Assembly: GCA_965218585.1 (NCBI GenBank)
Contig: CBDCLE010000025.1
Location: 133,390-197,389 of the forward strand
From: Terriglobia bacterium
GTDB taxonomy: Bacteria; Acidobacteriota; Terriglobia; 20CM-2-55-15
DNA length: 64,000 bases
Reading direction: 5' to 3'
This document shows, one piece after another, positions 60,814 to 64,000 of the stretch. Below the pieces are notes generated by a model. It saw nothing but the letters and a program-made list of their open reading frames with translations. It was not told the origin of the DNA and searched no databases. The position numbers were made by a program, and so were the translations under genes. Every line of letters starts with the position of its first letter. The stretch's first letter is position 1.

Positions 60814-61985
60814 CTATGTCGCCAAGTTCAGTTTCTTTGCGTTAAACGTGTCTCCTTTCTTCCACATCTTCAGTGCGGTCGCTGCAATCTTCCTCGCCAG
60901 TGTCAGCCGAGCCATCTCCTTACGCTTGCCGTCTTTCTGGAGCCCCTCCAGGTAGCTTTTCCAAGGTTCGGCCCCCATGCCTCCGGTCGCCGCCCCGATG
61001 AACACATCTTTCAAACGTCGGTTGCCGTTGCGGTTCAGTCCCCGCGTGGCGATCGGCTTTCGACGACGTACCACACGACTCCCTTCCTGCTCATACTCCG
61101 CACTCATGTGCATTGCCACGGCCAGACCGCTGTAGTTCCAGAGCTGGCGTTTGGTTCGAAATCGATGCGGGGTGTCCCCCGTCGCTACAATCAAGGCGCA
61201 ACGTATCGGTCCCAACTGGGGAATCGTCTGCAATATCCCCACCGCACGATGCTTGCGGCTCTCGGTTAACATCGCCAGCTTCGCTTTTTTTCTTAACCCT
61301 CTCAGATGATCCAGCTCCTCATACAACCATCCGGTACGCCGCCGTGCACCGGTATTGGCGAGCTGTTCGATCCAGTGTTCCCGCTGCGATGGGAGGTAGA
61401 CGCCGTGGCCCGGCGTCCGGATCCCACGTCCTCGATACATTGCCTTGATCCGAACCATCGTCCGCTGCGTATCCAGGGTCAAGGTCTCATATCCGCGGAC
61501 CAGTTCTTTCAACGTCCGCGTCGCATCGTGCCCGTGGTAGACCGACCGCAGCCATCCGGCCCGGAGCAGCTCGGCCAGTTTCAGGGCATCCACCCGGTCG
61601 GTCTTGGACCCGTCACTGAGCAGTTTGTTCCGTCTGGGATCACACACGATCACTTCGCTCACATATCCCCGGACCACGTTGTAGAGCCATTCGGCCTGCG
61701 TGGTTTCTTCAAACGTCACGTGCAGCTCACCACTCAGACTCTCCAGCAAATCAATGATTGGCCCGGCCTGGGTCTCTACGATCTTTTCCCAGACCAGTTT
61801 GCCGTCTGCGTTTAAGACCATCACCACCGTCGTTGCCTGGTGCACATCCATGCCGATATACTTGGCCTGTTTCATTTACGTGCTCCTTTGTCTTTGAATT
61901 CAACGCAGCTACGTTGAATGGGTTGTTGTCGGGAGATTTTCCTCCTGGCAACAGCCGACAAAGGGGGCGTCCTTCCTTATAGCGT
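60428..61985 (-). mobile_element. IS110 family, IS1111-type element; DEDD recombinase at 60814-61875
   Basis: YIGMDVH, FEE, KTDRVDA, C-terminal Ser domain; precise insertion in GGC GGT|ATT ACG with a shared GT core; short subterminal IR A(T/A)GGAAGG; long 3' non-coding end. Confidence 0.92.
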
Positions 61986-63145
61986 ATTACGGTCATCAAG
62001 TCCTTCACCGCTGAAGGCTACGAGGCGGATCGGGTCGAAGAGGCCAGCGAAAGCTACCGCAAGGCCAATTACCACGCGATCAAACTGAACGCCGTATTCG
62101 TCCCGATCATTCGTATGGGTATTGCGTTCGGGTTTGCGGCGATCATTGTCCTGGGCGGGTGGCTCGTCATGCAGGAAACACTGACTGTCGGCGAGCTGGT
62201 CCTCTTCTGCATGATGATTCAACGGCTGCTGTGGCCGATGACGCGGCTGGGCCAGACCTTTGACGAATATCAGCGCGCGAAGGCCAGTTCCAGACGCATC
62301 TTCGGGCTGCTGGACACGCCAGGTTCGGTTCAGGACGCCGATGACGCTGCGGCTCTTGAACGGGCGAGTGGGGACGTTGAATTCGACGACGTGTTCTTTG
62401 CATACTGGGACCGCGAGCCTGTCTTAAACGGCCTCTCGCTGAAGGTCAGGGCCGGAGAGATGGTCGGTATCGCGGGAACCACCGGTGCCGGAAAGAGTAC
62501 GCTGATCAAGTTGCTCCTGCGCCTCTACGACGTGAACGAAGGTGGGATACGGATTGATGGAGTCGATATCCGGCAACTGCGTCAACACGATCTCAGGCAA
62601 CAGATCGCGCTGGTAAGCCAGGACGTGTTCCTGTTCCATGGAACGATTCGCGAAAACATCGCTTACCCCGGCGTCGACGTGCCGCTCGAAAAAGTGATCG
62701 AGGCTTCCGCTCACGCCCAGTTCCCACGACTTTGTGGACACATTGCCCGAGGGTTACGAGACGATCGTGGGCGAGCGCGGCATCAAACTGTCCGGTGGGC
62801 AGAGGCAGCGGTTGAGTATTGCCCGTGCCTTGTTGAAGGATGCGCCGATTCTGGTCCTGGACGAGGCGACCAGCAGCGTCGACACCGAGACCGAACGCAT
62901 GATTCAGCAGAACCTCGAGGAGCTGACTGCCGGCCGGACGGCACTGGTGATCGCCCATCGCCTCAGCACAATCCGCAAGGCCGACCGCATCGTCGTGATC
63001 CGTGATGGCCAGGTCGAAGAAGAAGGCAGCCACGACGAACTGGTCACCCACGGCGGCACATACTCAGAACTGTGGGCTGTTCAAAGTGGTGGGGAACTGC
63101 TGCGCGTGTAGCCAGACGGGGCTTAGATTCAATTCGAAGGCGAAA

Positions 63146-63187
63146 CAGGGGCCCGGTTCTAATCCGTGCAATCCGCCGGGCCCCTTT
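63146..63187. terminator. Stem-loop between convergent genes
   Basis: AGGGGCCCGG ... CCGGGCCCCT followed by TT. Confidence 0.55.
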
Positions 63188-63216
63188 CTCATCATCCTTG
63201 AGGGCAGCTGCGCCGC

Positions 63217-64000
63217 CTAATTGGCAGGCGGTCTGTCCCCAACCCTGTTCGAAATACCTCTCCCAGTTTTGAGCCCAGGGCCGGCCGAAGAAATCGACAT
63301 AACCTTCGTCGAAGGGCAGGAGCGGCATCGGCCGTCCGTCCGGACCATTCACAATTGTGCCCGCCGTCTGGCACTGGGGCATCGGAAATCGTTTGTCCGG
63401 ATCATCGATAGGAAAATCAAGAACCCATGGCGTGACCAGATTCAAAGGTTCGAGGAAAGCCTCCGAGTCATAGAACGTTGTTTCGACGATGGGTCCGGGT
63501 CCATCCGGATTCTGCCTGAAGATCTCGATGACCTCCAACTCGCTGCTGAATTCGAACAGCGAATGCTGCAGTCCCCATCCTTGCACGTTAGCCGTCCAGG
63601 CGATAAGGACGTCGCCGTTCCAGAAGCCCACGGTCTCGCCGAACCATTGGGGCACTTGCTGCACGTGTTCCCGACCGATGTGGATCTTCCGGACGAAGGT
63701 GTCCGCCGTGCCGCCCAGGAGCTGGACCTGGTGCGGCGTCATCAGGAGCTCATAGCCGTCAGCAGCAGTGGCGCTCCGGCTCCACCACCGCATGAGGCCT
63801 TCCGGACGACAGAAAGAAGCATTCCACTGCGGTGCATTACTCACGGCTTCGTGATAGTTCGCCTGCACCAGGTACCGTCGATACGTCGGCGTCAACACGG
63901 AGGCCAGGGTGCCAGTTTGGAGGTCGCCGAAGATCCACTGCTGGTCGCGTGCTCCCCGGCTGTACCACCCGTCCCATTCGGGCAGCATCTCCCGAGTTTT
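63217..64000 (-). CDS. Hypothetical protein (5' part outside the window); probable frameshift in G4 near 63237
   Basis: Open to the window edge; PQWNASFCRPEG, WFGETVGFWNGD; removing one G gives a natural end WDRPPAN* at 63217. Confidence 0.7.

Larger units (their letters stand above)
59879..63111 (+). pseudogene. ABC exporter (TMD+NBD, MdlB-like): 5' truncated by IS1380, split by IS110, frameshift near 62723
   Basis: LAPPIL...DDVNQLERFL...NNIGG | ITVIKSFTAE...GTTGAGKST...LSGGQRQR...LDEATS...IAHRLST. Confidence 0.9.

Noticed and set aside
1-64000. tRNA, rRNA, CRISPR array, prophage structural genes
   Set aside because: None recognised by manual reading; small RNAs could be missed without covariance-model searches.

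Overview
A 64-kb bacterial chromosomal window, probably Acidobacteriota (inferred from the GWxTD protein, the T2SS/S-layer-like locus and lineage-typical hypotheticals). It carries housekeeping genes (oppD-like fragment, rpsU, ispG, rfbD, glycosyltransferases, a sigma54 two-component system), an ECF-sigma-led type II secretion cluster followed by an S-layer-like protein and a TMTC-like glycosyltransferase, and six insertion sequences whose ends can be read directly: IS1595 with a passenger gene, an ISNCY-like element, IS5/IS427, IS1182, IS1380 and IS110/IS1111. Four things stand out. (1) Two tandem selenoprotein genes that the ORF track misses or truncates: a Cys-free Sec-peroxiredoxin and an orphan PrdB/GrdB-like UxxC protein with a SECIS-like hairpin. 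(2) An IS1111-type element whose 3' non-coding end contains segments matching both its own insertion site and its circle junction, i.e. a readable bridge/seek RNA. (3) An ECF sigma / zinc anti-sigma / TPR-CHAT caspase-like protease module whose sigma gene is interrupted by IS1595. (4) A transposase reading through its own inverted repeat into a molybdopterin oxidoreductase. From about 43 kb onward many genes carry frameshifts or abrupt junctions, which may be assembly error or real decay. No rRNA, tRNA or CRISPR array was seen.
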